Positions 17,001-26,081 are shown, counted from the first letter of the stretch. The stretch: 64,000 nt of DNA from Cetobacterium sp. (GCF_051649505.1 NZ_JBOFHF010000039.1); one strand, 5' to 3'. Made by a program: numbers and translations. Notes: generated from the sequence alone by a model not told the origin.

Positions 17001-19708
17001 ACAGTTTTCAAACCTCTGTGAGCAGTAAAAATAGTAAGATTTCAAATTTAGCTGAAACAAGTGTAGAGGTAAAAGGGGATTCACTGCTAAATACAGCTAC
17101 AATTATAGGAAAAGTTATAGATGAGAAAACTGATAGAGGTATTCCTCATGCTGTGCTTTATACACCTGGAGGAATAGTTGTTCAAGCTGACGATGAGGGT
17201 AGATTTCACTTACCAGATCAGTGGGTGGATAAAACATTTGGAGAGAATTTTCTTTTAAAGCTAGACGAGAATAGCCTTCCATCTGGAAGTGTCATAAAGA
17301 GTGAAAATCCAATGATAAAAAGAATAACTCCATACTCTTTGACAAAGTTTAACTTCATAGTTCAAACGCCTGAAAAAGCAGAAGAATTAGAAGAGCTTAG
17401 TAGCGATCCAGACGACATAAAATTAAATTATGTTGGAGCAGGATTTCTAGACGCCTACGTTGGAAAAGAGAGTGACTCTCCAAGAGCGACATATTTTGGA
17501 AAGGCGAGCTACGGGGATTATAAACTGACTTTACATTTTGATACTAAAGATAAAAAAAGTATGAGTCTTTTAGAGAGAATCACGGATGATGATTATGTTT
17601 ATTATCCTACTTACGGGGATGATTCGAAAATTAGAAAAGAAGTAAGTACGAGAGGAAAAATATACTTAAAGTTTCAACATAAAGATTCAAGCTTGCTCTG
17701 GGGAAATTATGAAACAGGTTTTACAGGAACTCGTTTTATGGATTACAATAAAGAGCTATATGGATTTAAAGGTGAGTATAAGCAGGATGATATAAACATC
17801 AAAGTTTTTATGAGTACACCTAACACAATGTATGGCCATGATGAGTTTTTAGGAACTGGAGGTAGCTTGTATTTTCTAAAAAACGGAGATATATTGAAAG
17901 GTAGCCAAAAAGTTTGGATAAAAGTTGTCGACTCTGATAGCTATGTTGTAGAAAAGATTATCTATCTTCAAGAGGGGCGTGACTATGAGATCGATCCATT
18001 TATTGGACGGATTATTTTGACAACTCCACTCAGCGGTGGTAGTTCAACTGGTTACTACACTTACCTTGTTGCTGACTATAGTTATCTTCCAAAAGATGCA
18101 GAGGTTTCAGACTCGTCAAACTATGGACTTAAAACTGTAAAGGATATAAATGAAAACATCGCAATTGGAGTTACAGCTGTACATGAGAGTCGTGGAAAAG
18201 AAAACTACGATTTAAAAGGAGTTGAGATAAAACTACGTGATGAGAAAGGCAACTATATAAAAGGTGAGTTTAGTAGAAGTGAGGGAGTTTCAAATATAAA
18301 TAACCATCTGTCTTTTGATGGAGGATTGACGTTTCAAAGCTTAGGGCGAGAGGATGATAAAATTCGAGGTAATGCCTACAGAATAACGGGAGCTCTAAAG
18401 CTTTTAGAAGAAGCTGAACTAAAAGCTTGGTATGAAAGAAAAGAAAGAGGCTACTCTTTCGCTTCGGATTTAGCGGATAGGTTTCTTCAAACCTTTGGAA
18501 GTGAGTTGAGCTATACTCATTCAGAAAAATTAAAAAGCTATCTTAAATTTCAATATATTGAAGAGATGAGATGGGGCGAAGAGCGGGACACTCGAACTGT
18601 TAGCAGCCTTAAACTAGAGTACATTTTAAATGAAAGTACAAAGATATATAGTGAGATTAAAGCTGGAATATCTAACGCTATCTCGCTAGGAGCTGAAAAA
18701 AGAATCAACGACAGATTTAAAATTAACGGCAGTACATCTTTTAGTGATTCGGGGAACTACTTTGAATTGGGAGGAGATTATCAGCTTTATGATGATTATA
18801 ATATATATTCAGGCTACAGTTCAGATGGAGAGATAAATCGTGACAGATATACATTTGGTCAAAGAGCAAGAGTTGGAGAGCGTACAAGTATCTATGCAGA
18901 AAACCAGTTTATCAAAGAGCGTGGTAAAGAGGCTTCTCTTCAAGGGTATGGAATAGATTATGACTTTAGACGTGGTGTCACAATAGGTGGTGCTATTCAA
19001 TACGGAGAGGTTATTCTACCAAACGACGAGAAAAGTGACCGTCGTGGAATCTCTCTTTACTCTAGATCTGAATCAGAAAGATTAACTTTAAAAAACCGTA
19101 TTGAATATCGTTCAGAGCGAGGGGATGAGGAGATTGAGCAGTATCTTACTAGTAACTCTTTTACTTACAGATATAATAAAGAGTATACCTTTGCTGGAAA
19201 ACTTAACTACTCATTCACAGATGATACCTACGAGAATAGATACCTAGAAAGCAGCATAGGCTTAGCTTACCGTCCAATTTTAAATGATAGACTGAACTAC
19301 CTATCAAGATATACAATGATTTTAGATAAAGATACAAAAGCTGGAAAAGATTTTAGTGCTTATATAGCTGAGTTTGAAACAATCTACTCACTAACAAGAA
19401 GACTGGATTTATCCCTAAAAAATGGTTATAGACGTGAGAAAAACAGCTATCTAAATGACCTTTATATGCTAGGGTTTAAAGCTAACTATACAGTTATGAA
19501 TAGCTGGGAAGTATATGGGCAATATCAGATGCTTTTGGATAGAGCTAATGAGGATGTGTTGAGTGGAGCTATATTTGGAATCTATAAAAATCTAGATAAA
19601 AATATGAAGTTTGGAGGGGGATATAATTTCTCGGGATTCAAGGACTCTTTAGGAGAAGAGGACTATAAAACCTCGGGGTGGTTTTTAAATATAATTGGAA
19701 GTATTTAG
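14045..19708 (+). CDS. 1887-aa exported protein: signal peptide, about 8 DUF11-like Ig repeats and a long C-terminal outer-membrane beta-barrel-like region
   Basis: Signal peptide ending SLYA. Repeated Y(K/S/T)PG..(I/L/V).Y.(I/V).(L/V)KN.G.G motif. The C-terminal part has alternating aromatic/Gly strands and ends WFLNIIGSI. Confidence 0.7.
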   Translation: MRRVLFLFKILIILIVLLESLYAKDIDPLKEFTYDIVVENYTQNIKKDIRVKNNLNELRGVLANNGENFLDIEGAAFKSWEIYRDGEKLSVGDRDVLDDTILELLQNEVVKYKIVAKPNEKLLGQKLKNEVVIYEGGQISEKLSYENEVLKSKPKIKREIDSESYTLGGYLTYKLTVEPDSSGYLNNYIVNEHIQDILVPTLNGKDEPFLKDIEIKTNQKTSGVGVDIPSGESLIYEVKGRVNDKVLGDVTYKELTIKSPPPNIKARILNSGKYSPGRLYTYEVEIENSGLGNAEAVPIRAFMKKSLARDWNEEMSPAFLNAQDINEKVNIGAGKKIFKKYSVTISDFLIGDVYLDFVINSHTYNNKIESHSPEPYISRKVERYLDKTGKKKIDSYTPEGYIEYLFRVENRGKGILKGYDLDPSIDEIKTKSSTGDEILAFSRSETKNVLERGEGARLLPGGFTEYRVLGKVSKDAVGDIKKDEIVSKMMSSDVAHTFSVSNKNYKPGESIEYVVSLKNSGLGTAYGVQHKLGIDSAKVKQSGMQDREVNPFKNVEKIEQFPTIYPGQEFKYTFKGVTKNNIFENIEVDSIYGEDKKSTLVEALPGKLEFTNSLKSVNGKMMNGTLKYKPGDMVTYEIQLKNIGEGFLSGVSIKSNLDEIKAFMAGSDVKEKALENIEISVKSSDPRTVITSEMGDNLNHIRKKIDFAPKSSITFHISGVVSDKTLGTLSGLVFKVNGITKTSEELSGFGGSVTGEKILLQPENGVYKPGDKLKYMLTIKNSGDGYGRYIPIEDLLSEVRTEKEGKRYGRAFSNWKVTYLGARDESSRFKKYTYLKNEVLGREDLNTKVDIGPGVEIEFLIEADIDEDAIGVIESKAKIAGGTTDGQTIFLKPISEYSEEEKVEQGIRVKLSSTKSELKIGEVVGFTVNVENRDNKTYENLSLKNITPKGFRYLEDEVENFSLVADQKYTKTFYMKATVGASVGKNSFQTSVSSKNSKISNLAETSVEVKGDSLLNTATIIGKVIDEKTDRGIPHAVLYTPGGIVVQADDEGRFHLPDQWVDKTFGENFLLKLDENSLPSGSVIKSENPMIKRITPYSLTKFNFIVQTPEKAEELEELSSDPDDIKLNYVGAGFLDAYVGKESDSPRATYFGKASYGDYKLTLHFDTKDKKSMSLLERITDDDYVYYPTYGDDSKIRKEVSTRGKIYLKFQHKDSSLLWGNYETGFTGTRFMDYNKELYGFKGEYKQDDINIKVFMSTPNTMYGHDEFLGTGGSLYFLKNGDILKGSQKVWIKVVDSDSYVVEKIIYLQEGRDYEIDPFIGRIILTTPLSGGSSTGYYTYLVADYSYLPKDAEVSDSSNYGLKTVKDINENIAIGVTAVHESRGKENYDLKGVEIKLRDEKGNYIKGEFSRSEGVSNINNHLSFDGGLTFQSLGREDDKIRGNAYRITGALKLLEEAELKAWYERKERGYSFASDLADRFLQTFGSELSYTHSEKLKSYLKFQYIEEMRWGEERDTRTVSSLKLEYILNESTKIYSEIKAGISNAISLGAEKRINDRFKINGSTSFSDSGNYFELGGDYQLYDDYNIYSGYSSDGEINRDRYTFGQRARVGERTSIYAENQFIKERGKEASLQGYGIDYDFRRGVTIGGAIQYGEVILPNDEKSDRRGISLYSRSESERLTLKNRIEYRSERGDEEIEQYLTSNSFTYRYNKEYTFAGKLNYSFTDDTYENRYLESSIGLAYRPILNDRLNYLSRYTMILDKDTKAGKDFSAYIAEFETIYSLTRRLDLSLKNGYRREKNSYLNDLYMLGFKANYTVMNSWEVYGQYQMLLDRANEDVLSGAIFGIYKNLDKNMKFGGGYNFSGFKDSLGEEDYKTSGWFLNIIGSI

Positions 19709-19726
19709 TTTTAAAAAATAAAAGGC

Positions 19727-19778
19727 AAAAGAAAAAGAGAGACATTTCTTCGGGGGGAGGGGCGTCTCTCTTTTCTTT
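19727..19778. terminator. Bidirectional terminator with a large G-rich loop
   Basis: AAGAGAGAC/GTCTCTCTT stem extended by A/T runs, between convergent genes. Confidence 0.7.
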
Positions 19779-19794
19779 ATAATTTTTGATAAAG

Positions 19795-20049
19795 CTATTT
19801 TTTAGTATTTATCTTCGAATAGATAAATAGAACAACCAAAGCACCTGCAGCGGCAGTAAAGATACTACCGAAATTTAATCCTTGAACAGAACCTATTCCG
19901 ATAAGCTTACCAAGATAACCACCAACAAAAGCACCAACAATTCCTAAAACCATAGTTGCTAAAATTCCGCCACCTTGTTCTCCGGGCATTATCCATTTAG
20001 CAAGAGCACCTGCAAGAATTCCAAGAACAATCCATGTGAAAATTCCCAT
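19795..20049 (-). CDS. GlsB/YeaQ/YmgE family small membrane stress protein
   Basis: MGIFTWIVLGILAGALAKWIMPG...GIVGAFVGG. The second ATG (20049) fits the AAGGAG RBS spacing. Confidence 0.9.
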   Translation of the reverse strand: MGIFTWIVLGILAGALAKWIMPGEQGGGILATMVLGIVGAFVGGYLGKLIGIGSVQGLNFGSIFTAAAGALVVLFIYSKINTKK

Positions 20050-20237
20050 AACGCTCATCTCCTTTAAAAAAAATTAAATTCTGCTTTAATATTCAAAAAA
20101 AAATCAAACTTTCTTTTAAAAAAAATAAAAAAATTTGACTTTTTATTCAGAGGTGTAGTATATAGGAATATTGAGAAAAGCTTCAGAAAAAATATGTTTT
20201 AATCACTTTTTGACTTATAACTTAAGGAGGGATTGCT

Positions 20238-21329
20238 ATGAAAAAATTAAAAACATTCCAATTTATGGAGGAGTTCGATCATGAGCAAGTAGTATATTTC
20301 TACGACAAAAACACAGGTTTAAAAGGTATAACCGCTATTCATAATACGGATTTAGGACCAGCTCTAGGGGGAACAAGACTTTGGAATTATAAAACAGAGG
20401 AGGAAGCTCTGTTAGATGTTATCAGATTATCAAGAGGAATGACTTATAAAGCTGCAGTTGCTGGATTGAACTTAGGTGGAGGAAAAACAGTTTTAATTGG
20501 AGATCCAAAAAAAGTTAAAAGTGAAGCGTATTTTAGAGAGCTAGGAAGATTTGTTCAAAGTTTAAATGGAAGGTATATAACAGCTGAGGATGTAAACACA
20601 AGTACATCAGATATGGGGTTTGTAGCTATGGAGACTGACCATGTTGTGGGGCTTCATGGAAAGAGTGGAAATCCATCGCCGTTCACAGCCTTAGGGGCTC
20701 TATACTCAATAAGAGCGGCTTTAAAAGTACAGTTTGGAGATTCTACAATTGAAGGAAAAACATTCTCGGTTCAAGGAGCGGGTCAAACAGGGTATTATTT
20801 AATCAAATACCTTTTAGGTGACAACGAGCATGGCGACAAAGCAAAGAAAATCTACTTTACAGAGATAAATGAAACATATATTGAGAGAATGAAAAAAGAG
20901 CATCCAGAGGTGGAGTTTGTTAAACCTCAGGATATATACGGTTTAGATGTGGATGTGTTCTCACCTTGTGCTCTTGGAGGAGTTATAAATGATGAGACTA
21001 TACCGCAATTAAAGTGTTCGATAGTCGCTGGAACATCAAACAACGTATTGAAGGGCGAGGAGCATGGAGCTCAATTGAAAGAGAAGGGTATTTTATATGC
21101 ACCAGATTTCGTTGCAAACGGTGGAGGTCTAATCAACGTTTATCACGAGTTGAAAGGTTATAACAAAGATGCAGCAACGGCTGATGTAAAAGCTATCTAC
21201 GATAGATTAATACAAATTTTTGAGATAGCTAAAGTTCAGGGTATACCTGTGAATATAGCCGCTATGAAGTTTGCTGAAGAGAGAATAAAAAGTATTAAAA
21301 ATATGAAACCGAGTTACATAAAAAGATAA
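20238..21329 (+). CDS. Leucine dehydrogenase (Glu/Leu/Phe/Val dehydrogenase)
   Basis: GPALGGTR, LSRGMTYK, GGGK, YITAEDV, PCALGG and YAPDFVANGGG motifs. Confidence 0.93.
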   Translation: MKKLKTFQFMEEFDHEQVVYFYDKNTGLKGITAIHNTDLGPALGGTRLWNYKTEEEALLDVIRLSRGMTYKAAVAGLNLGGGKTVLIGDPKKVKSEAYFRELGRFVQSLNGRYITAEDVNTSTSDMGFVAMETDHVVGLHGKSGNPSPFTALGALYSIRAALKVQFGDSTIEGKTFSVQGAGQTGYYLIKYLLGDNEHGDKAKKIYFTEINETYIERMKKEHPEVEFVKPQDIYGLDVDVFSPCALGGVINDETIPQLKCSIVAGTSNNVLKGEEHGAQLKEKGILYAPDFVANGGGLINVYHELKGYNKDAATADVKAIYDRLIQIFEIAKVQGIPVNIAAMKFAEERIKSIKNMKPSYIKR

Positions 21330-21351
21330 AAAAATAGATTTGGAGGTCGTA

Positions 21352-22254
21352 ATGAATTTTTTTGCCCAACTATTAGAAAGATGTAAAGAGAGTCATATTA
21401 AAAGAGTACCTGTTGTGGTTTCAGCTCATGAGGATGAGTTATTAAAAGCTATTTTAAGAGCTAGAAGAGAGGGAATAGTAACTTCGCCTATTTTAATTGG
21501 TGATAGAGAGGAGATTTTAAAACACCTACTGCAAAATGGAGCAGACTTAGATGATTTTCAGATTATTCACGGAGATACAAAAGAAAAATGTAGTGAGATA
21601 GCGATTCAGAGTATTTTAAGTGGAGCCGGAGATTTTTTGGTAAAAGGTCTAGTTGATACATCAATTATACTAAAAGCGATACTGAATAAAAAAGAGGAGT
21701 TGGCAAAGTCAGAAAATGGAGAGATATTTTTCTCGCATGTGACAGTAGCAGAACTAGACGCGATAGATAGATTGATAGCTTTTGGAGACGCAGCTATGAA
21801 TATACTTCCAGATATTGAGAGTAAAATAAAAATAATAGAAAATTGTTATTCGGTTTGGAGTGCTCTGCATCTTAGAACACCGAAAATAGCTCTTTTAGCA
21901 GCGAAAGAACATGTATCTAAAAAGATGATAGCGACGACAGACGCTCATACAATCACTAAAAAATTAGGAGAGGATGAAAGGTTTATAGTAGAGGGACCAC
22001 TCTCTTTAGATAACGCTCTTTCGAAAAAATCAGCAGAGATAAAAGGTATAGCTGGAAAGATCCAAGGGGATGCGGATATACTTATAATGCCAAATATAGA
22101 AGCTGGGAATATCTTCTATAAGAGTTTATGCTATTTGACAAAGAGCAAAACAGCAGGAGTTTTGGTGGGAGCAAAAATACCAATAGTTATAACATCAAGA
22201 GCTGACAGTGAAGAGAGTAAGTTCTTATCGATAGTGTTGGCATCAGTTATTTAG
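21352..22254 (+). CDS. ptb: Phosphate butyryltransferase
   Basis: LVKGLVDTS, GPLSLDNA, DILIMPNIEAGNIFYK and PIVITSRADS motifs. GGAGG RBS precedes ATG 21352. Confidence 0.9.
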   Translation: MNFFAQLLERCKESHIKRVPVVVSAHEDELLKAILRARREGIVTSPILIGDREEILKHLLQNGADLDDFQIIHGDTKEKCSEIAIQSILSGAGDFLVKGLVDTSIILKAILNKKEELAKSENGEIFFSHVTVAELDAIDRLIAFGDAAMNILPDIESKIKIIENCYSVWSALHLRTPKIALLAAKEHVSKKMIATTDAHTITKKLGEDERFIVEGPLSLDNALSKKSAEIKGIAGKIQGDADILIMPNIEAGNIFYKSLCYLTKSKTAGVLVGAKIPIVITSRADSEESKFLSIVLASVI

Positions 22255-22259
22255 GAGGT

Positions 22260-22481
22260 GTGGATTTGGCTAAGTTTAAGGTGAGTTTTAATAAAGAGCG
22301 GTGTAAAGGGTGTGGACTTTGCACTCTGTTTTGTCCGATGAAGATTGTGCATCTGAATATGGATGAAATGAATTCTAAGGGCTATAATGTGTCGCATCTA
22401 ACGGATGAGGAAAAATGTGTTGGTTGTACAAACTGTGCTATGATGTGCCCAGATTCAGTTATAAGTATAGATAAGATTTAA
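22260..22481 (+). CDS. 2x[4Fe-4S] ferredoxin (oxidoreductase delta subunit)
   Basis: CKGCGLCTLFCP and CVGCTNCAMMCP motifs. Confidence 0.92.
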   Translation: MDLAKFKVSFNKERCKGCGLCTLFCPMKIVHLNMDEMNSKGYNVSHLTDEEKCVGCTNCAMMCPDSVISIDKI

Positions 22482-22491
22482 GGAGGAGTTT

Positions 22492-23547
22492 ATGGCAAAA
22501 AAGCTAATGAAAGGTAATGAAGCTATGAGTGCAGCAGCTATAAATGCTGGCTGTAGATTTTTCTTTGGATACCCAATAACACCACAAAATGAGATTCCTG
22601 AGTATATGTCAAGGGAGCTTCCAAAGGTTGGAGGGTCTTTTATACAAGCTGAGTCTGAGGTTTCGGCTATAAATATGGTTTATGGTGCAGCGGGATGTGG
22701 AGCTAGAGTTATGACATCCTCTTCATCTCCGGGAATGGCTTTAAAGCAGGAGGGGTTATCGTATATAGCGGGAGCTGAACTACCTTGCGTGGTTATAAAT
22801 GTGACAAGGGGAGGCCCTGGGCTTGGTGGGATTCAACCATCTCAAGCCGATTATTTCCAAGCCACTCGTGGAGGGGGAAATGGTGACTACTACATGCCTG
22901 TTTACGCTCCAGCCACAGTCCAAGAAGCTGTAGATTTGATAGGGAAAGGATTCGATGTAGCCGATCAATACAGAACTCCAGTTATGCTGTTAGTTGATGG
23001 AATGATAGGGCAGGTTATGGAGCCAGTGGAGTTAAATGAAAATCTCGAGAGAAAGGAGTTCGATAAAAGCTGGGCGACAACGACAACAAAGGGTGAACGA
23101 GCACCAAATATTATAAACTCACTTTACTTAAAGCCAGAGGAGTTAGAACTCCATTGTGAGAAACTATTTAGAAAGTTTGACGCTATAAAAGAAAACGAGG
23201 TTATGTCTGAAACTATAGGTTTAGAGGACGCCGACATAGTTCTAGTTGCATATGGAACAACGGCTCGTATAGCTAAAAATGTTATTAAAAATTTGGAAAA
23301 AGATGGAATTAAAGCTGGGCTTATAAGACCTATAACGGTTTGGCCTTTCCCATATGAGGATGTAAAAAATCTAAATGAAAACGTGAAAAACATCCTTGTC
23401 GTTGAGATGAGTATGGGGCAGATGATAGAGGACGTTCGGCTTGGAAACGAAGGAAAAAAGCCAGTTCACTTCTACGGAAGAACGGGTGGGATGGTTCCAA
23501 CTCCAGAGGATATAATAAAAAAAGTGAAAGAGATAGTGGGGAGGTAG
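22492..23547 (+). CDS. vorB: 2-oxoacid:ferredoxin oxidoreductase alpha subunit (VorB-type, 3-methyl-2-oxobutanoate dehydrogenase)
   Basis: KGNEA, GYPITPQNE, QAESE, TSSSSPG and RGGPGLG motifs. Confidence 0.88.
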   Translation: MAKKLMKGNEAMSAAAINAGCRFFFGYPITPQNEIPEYMSRELPKVGGSFIQAESEVSAINMVYGAAGCGARVMTSSSSPGMALKQEGLSYIAGAELPCVVINVTRGGPGLGGIQPSQADYFQATRGGGNGDYYMPVYAPATVQEAVDLIGKGFDVADQYRTPVMLLVDGMIGQVMEPVELNENLERKEFDKSWATTTTKGERAPNIINSLYLKPEELELHCEKLFRKFDAIKENEVMSETIGLEDADIVLVAYGTTARIAKNVIKNLEKDGIKAGLIRPITVWPFPYEDVKNLNENVKNILVVEMSMGQMIEDVRLGNEGKKPVHFYGRTGGMVPTPEDIIKKVKEIVGR

Positions 23548-23549
23548 TT

Positions 23550-24305
23550 ATGGAAAGTATCTATAAAAGAAGTGCAGGATTGACAGATGTGCCTACCCAC
23601 TATTGTCCTGGGTGTACGCATGGAATTGTTCATAAGTTGGTGGCCCAAACTTTAGAGGAGCTAGGAGTGATAGGAGATACAGTTGGAGTAGCACCAGTCG
23701 GATGTGCTGTTTTAGCTTACAAATATTTCAATGCAGATATGCACGAGGCATCTCACGGTAGAGCACCAGCGGTTGCAACTGGAATCAAAAGAGTGCTGCC
23801 TGATAAAGTTGTATTCACATATCAAGGGGATGGAGATTTAGCAAGTATTGGAGCAGCAGAGATTGTCCATGCAGCAGCTAGAGGAGAGAAGTTCGTAACT
23901 ATTTTTATAAACAACACAACATATGGAATGACAGGTGGGCAGATGGCACCCACAACTCTAATAGACCAAAAGACAACAACATCTCAAGATGGAAGAAATC
24001 CTGAGATTCAAGGTTATCCAGTTCATATGTCTGAGATGTTAGCTACTTTAACTGGAAGTTACTATATAGAAAGATGCTCGGTTCATGATCCTGTTAGCAT
24101 AAGAAAAACGAAAAAAGCTATAAAAAAAGCCTTTCAATTGCAACTAGAAGGAAAAGGATTCTCTATGATTGAGATACTCTCAACATGCCCAACGAACTGG
24201 GGGAAAACACCAGGGGAATCATTGGAATGGCTAAAGGATGGAGTGATGAATGTATTCCCACTAGGAGTTTTCAAGGATAAAAGTGAGGTGGAGAAAAATG
24301 GATAA
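23550..24305 (+). CDS. 2-oxoacid:ferredoxin oxidoreductase beta subunit (TPP-binding)
   Basis: YCPGCTHG, HGRAPAVATG, GDGD...NN TPP motif, GMTGGQMAPT. Confidence 0.9.
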   Translation: MESIYKRSAGLTDVPTHYCPGCTHGIVHKLVAQTLEELGVIGDTVGVAPVGCAVLAYKYFNADMHEASHGRAPAVATGIKRVLPDKVVFTYQGDGDLASIGAAEIVHAAARGEKFVTIFINNTTYGMTGGQMAPTTLIDQKTTTSQDGRNPEIQGYPVHMSEMLATLTGSYYIERCSVHDPVSIRKTKKAIKKAFQLQLEGKGFSMIEILSTCPTNWGKTPGESLEWLKDGVMNVFPLGVFKDKSEVEKNG

Positions 24306-24849
24306 TTTCATAATATGTTCAGGCTTTGGAGGGCAAGGAGTTATGTCGATGGGGCAGATTCTTGCATACTCGGGAATGATAGAGAGTAAAGAGGTTTCGT
24401 GGTTGCCGTCGTATGGTCCAGAGATGAGGGGAGGAACAGCTAACTGCTCGGTTATACTTTCAGATGAACCTATCGGGTCACCGGTTATAACGAATAATGC
24501 AACAGTTCTTATAGCTATGAATCTACCCTCACTTAAAAAGTTTCAGGATTCACTCGTAGAAAATGGGGTGCTTTTAGTGAACTCATCCCTTGTGAAAGAG
24601 GCGAGTGACAGAGGGGATATAAAAGTATATAAAATACCAGCAAATGACTTGGCTCATGAGCAGTGTGCAAATTTAAAAGTAGCTAATATGGTTATGTTAG
24701 GAGCGTATTTAGAGATATCGAAGAGTTTGAAAGATGAAAGTGTATTACATGGGTTTTTAAAGATTTTTGGAGAGAGAAAAGCTGACCTTTTACCTATCAA
24801 TGAGAAAGCTCTTCAAGTTGGAAGAGAGTATGTAAAAAATAACTACTAG
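24298..24849 (+). CDS. 2-oxoacid:ferredoxin oxidoreductase gamma subunit
   Basis: GFGGQGVM, PSYGPEMRGGTA and NMVMLGA motifs. ATG 24298 follows GAGGTG. Confidence 0.9.
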   Translation: MDNFIICSGFGGQGVMSMGQILAYSGMIESKEVSWLPSYGPEMRGGTANCSVILSDEPIGSPVITNNATVLIAMNLPSLKKFQDSLVENGVLLVNSSLVKEASDRGDIKVYKIPANDLAHEQCANLKVANMVMLGAYLEISKSLKDESVLHGFLKIFGERKADLLPINEKALQVGREYVKNNY

Positions 24850-24860
24850 GGAGAAGGAGT

Positions 24861-25919
24861 ATGAAAAATTTTAATATTTTAGTTATCAATCCAGGATCGA
24901 CATCAACGAAAATTGCATATTTTACAAATGGAGTTGAGAAGTTAAAACGTGAGTTGCATCATGAGAGTGAGTTCTTGAAAACTTTGGATTACGAGGGTGA
25001 ATTGGAGTATAGATACTCTTTGATTAAAGAGTTGCCGATTGAGTTCAGCAATTTAGAGGCGGTTGTTGGAAGGGGTGGGCTTTTAAAGCCGTTGAAGAGT
25101 GGAACGTATTCTGTGAACGATAAGATGATAGATGATTTACGTAGTGAGTTTTATGGAAAGCACGCTTCGAATTTAGGTGGTATTTTAGCTAAGAAGATAG
25201 CGGATGAGCTAAAGATCCCGTCGTATATAGTGGACCCTGTGGTTGTGGATGAGATGAGTGAGCTTGCTAAAGTTTCGGGAATGCCTGAGCTTGTCAGAAG
25301 GTCGGTGTTCCACGCTTTAAATCAAAAGGGTGTGCTTAAAAAATATTGTAAAGAGTTGGGGATAGATTACAATGAAAAAACTTTTATAGCTGTTCATATG
25401 GGTGGTGGAATTTCGGTTGGGCTTCATAAAAATGGAGAGGTCGTAGATGTAAATAATGCTCTTGATGGAGATGGACCCTTCACTCCAGAGCGTGCTGGGA
25501 CTCTGCCGATTGGAGATTTCTTTAAGCTTTATTACACTGGGCAACACTCGAAGGAGTTTTTACTGCGAAGGCTAAAAGGTGATGGTGGAATCTCTGCTTA
25601 CCTTGGAACTAACAGTGTGAAAGAGGTTATGGACAGGGTTTTGAGTGGAGATGAAAAAGCTAAAAAAATTATAGATGCGATGTGTTATCAGATAGCTAAG
25701 GAGATTGGTGGTCTTGCTGCTGTTGCAGAGGGTGCTGTGGATGCTATCGTTTTAACTGGTGGAATGGCGTATTCGGATTATATCTGTGAGGAGATAACGA
25801 AACGGGTGGCTTTTATAGCTAAGGTTGTTCGTGTACCAGGGGAGTTTGAGATGCAGTCGCTATATGATGGTGGAGCTAGAGTTTTAAATAGAGTTGAGGA
25901 TGTGAAGGAGTATATTTGA
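24861..25919 (+). CDS. buk: Butyrate (branched-chain acyl) kinase
   Basis: INPGSTSTK, GRGG, HASNLG, VDPVVVDE, HALNQK and GPFTPERAG motifs. Confidence 0.95.
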   Translation: MKNFNILVINPGSTSTKIAYFTNGVEKLKRELHHESEFLKTLDYEGELEYRYSLIKELPIEFSNLEAVVGRGGLLKPLKSGTYSVNDKMIDDLRSEFYGKHASNLGGILAKKIADELKIPSYIVDPVVVDEMSELAKVSGMPELVRRSVFHALNQKGVLKKYCKELGIDYNEKTFIAVHMGGGISVGLHKNGEVVDVNNALDGDGPFTPERAGTLPIGDFFKLYYTGQHSKEFLLRRLKGDGGISAYLGTNSVKEVMDRVLSGDEKAKKIIDAMCYQIAKEIGGLAAVAEGAVDAIVLTGGMAYSDYICEEITKRVAFIAKVVRVPGEFEMQSLYDGGARVLNRVEDVKEYI

Positions 25920-25957
25920 ATTCTGAAAAGAGGTTATAAAAAGATTTTTACAAAAAT

Positions 25958-25986
25958 TTGATTTTTAGAAGAAAGAGTAGTATAAT
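25958..25986 (+). promoter_or_regulatory. sigma70 promoter for a candidate antitoxin sRNA
   Basis: TTGATT-N17-TATAAT. Confidence 0.7.
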
Positions 25987-25991
25987 TAACA

Positions 25992-26066
25992 CATAAACGA
26001 TTATAATTCAATGTTAATGACTACATTGTATGGGGAAGAGCTAGGAGTGAGAAACTAGCTCTTTTC
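25992..26066 (+). ncRNA. Candidate type I antitoxin sRNA (~75 nt)
   Basis: Own promoter and terminator, no ORF. 25996-26009 and 26014-26025 are exact reverse complements of 26143-26156 and 26124-26135. Confidence 0.65.
26036..26066 (+). terminator. Intrinsic terminator of the sRNA (and first terminator after buk)
   Basis: AAGAGCTAG/CTAGCTCTT 9-bp stem, loop GAGTGAGAAA, T-rich tail. Confidence 0.85.
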
Positions 26067-26081
26067 TATTTTTTGTAGTTA

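Noticed and set aside
14045-19708. Nucleotide-level tandem repeats or CRISPR-like array in the giant gene
   Set aside because: The repeats are visible only as degenerate protein motifs; no regularly spaced identical DNA repeats were seen.
19744-19763. G-rich loop (GGGGGGAGGGG) in the terminator as a G-quadruplex or special element
   Set aside because: Only two G-runs and a single occurrence; the terminator explains the site.
25990-26066. The upstream unit as a second, inverted toxin copy on the minus strand
   Set aside because: The minus strand has no SD or ATG at the matching position (CATTG instead of ATGCAAAG) and no hydrophobic ORF in that frame. The promoter and T-tail point to + strand transcription.
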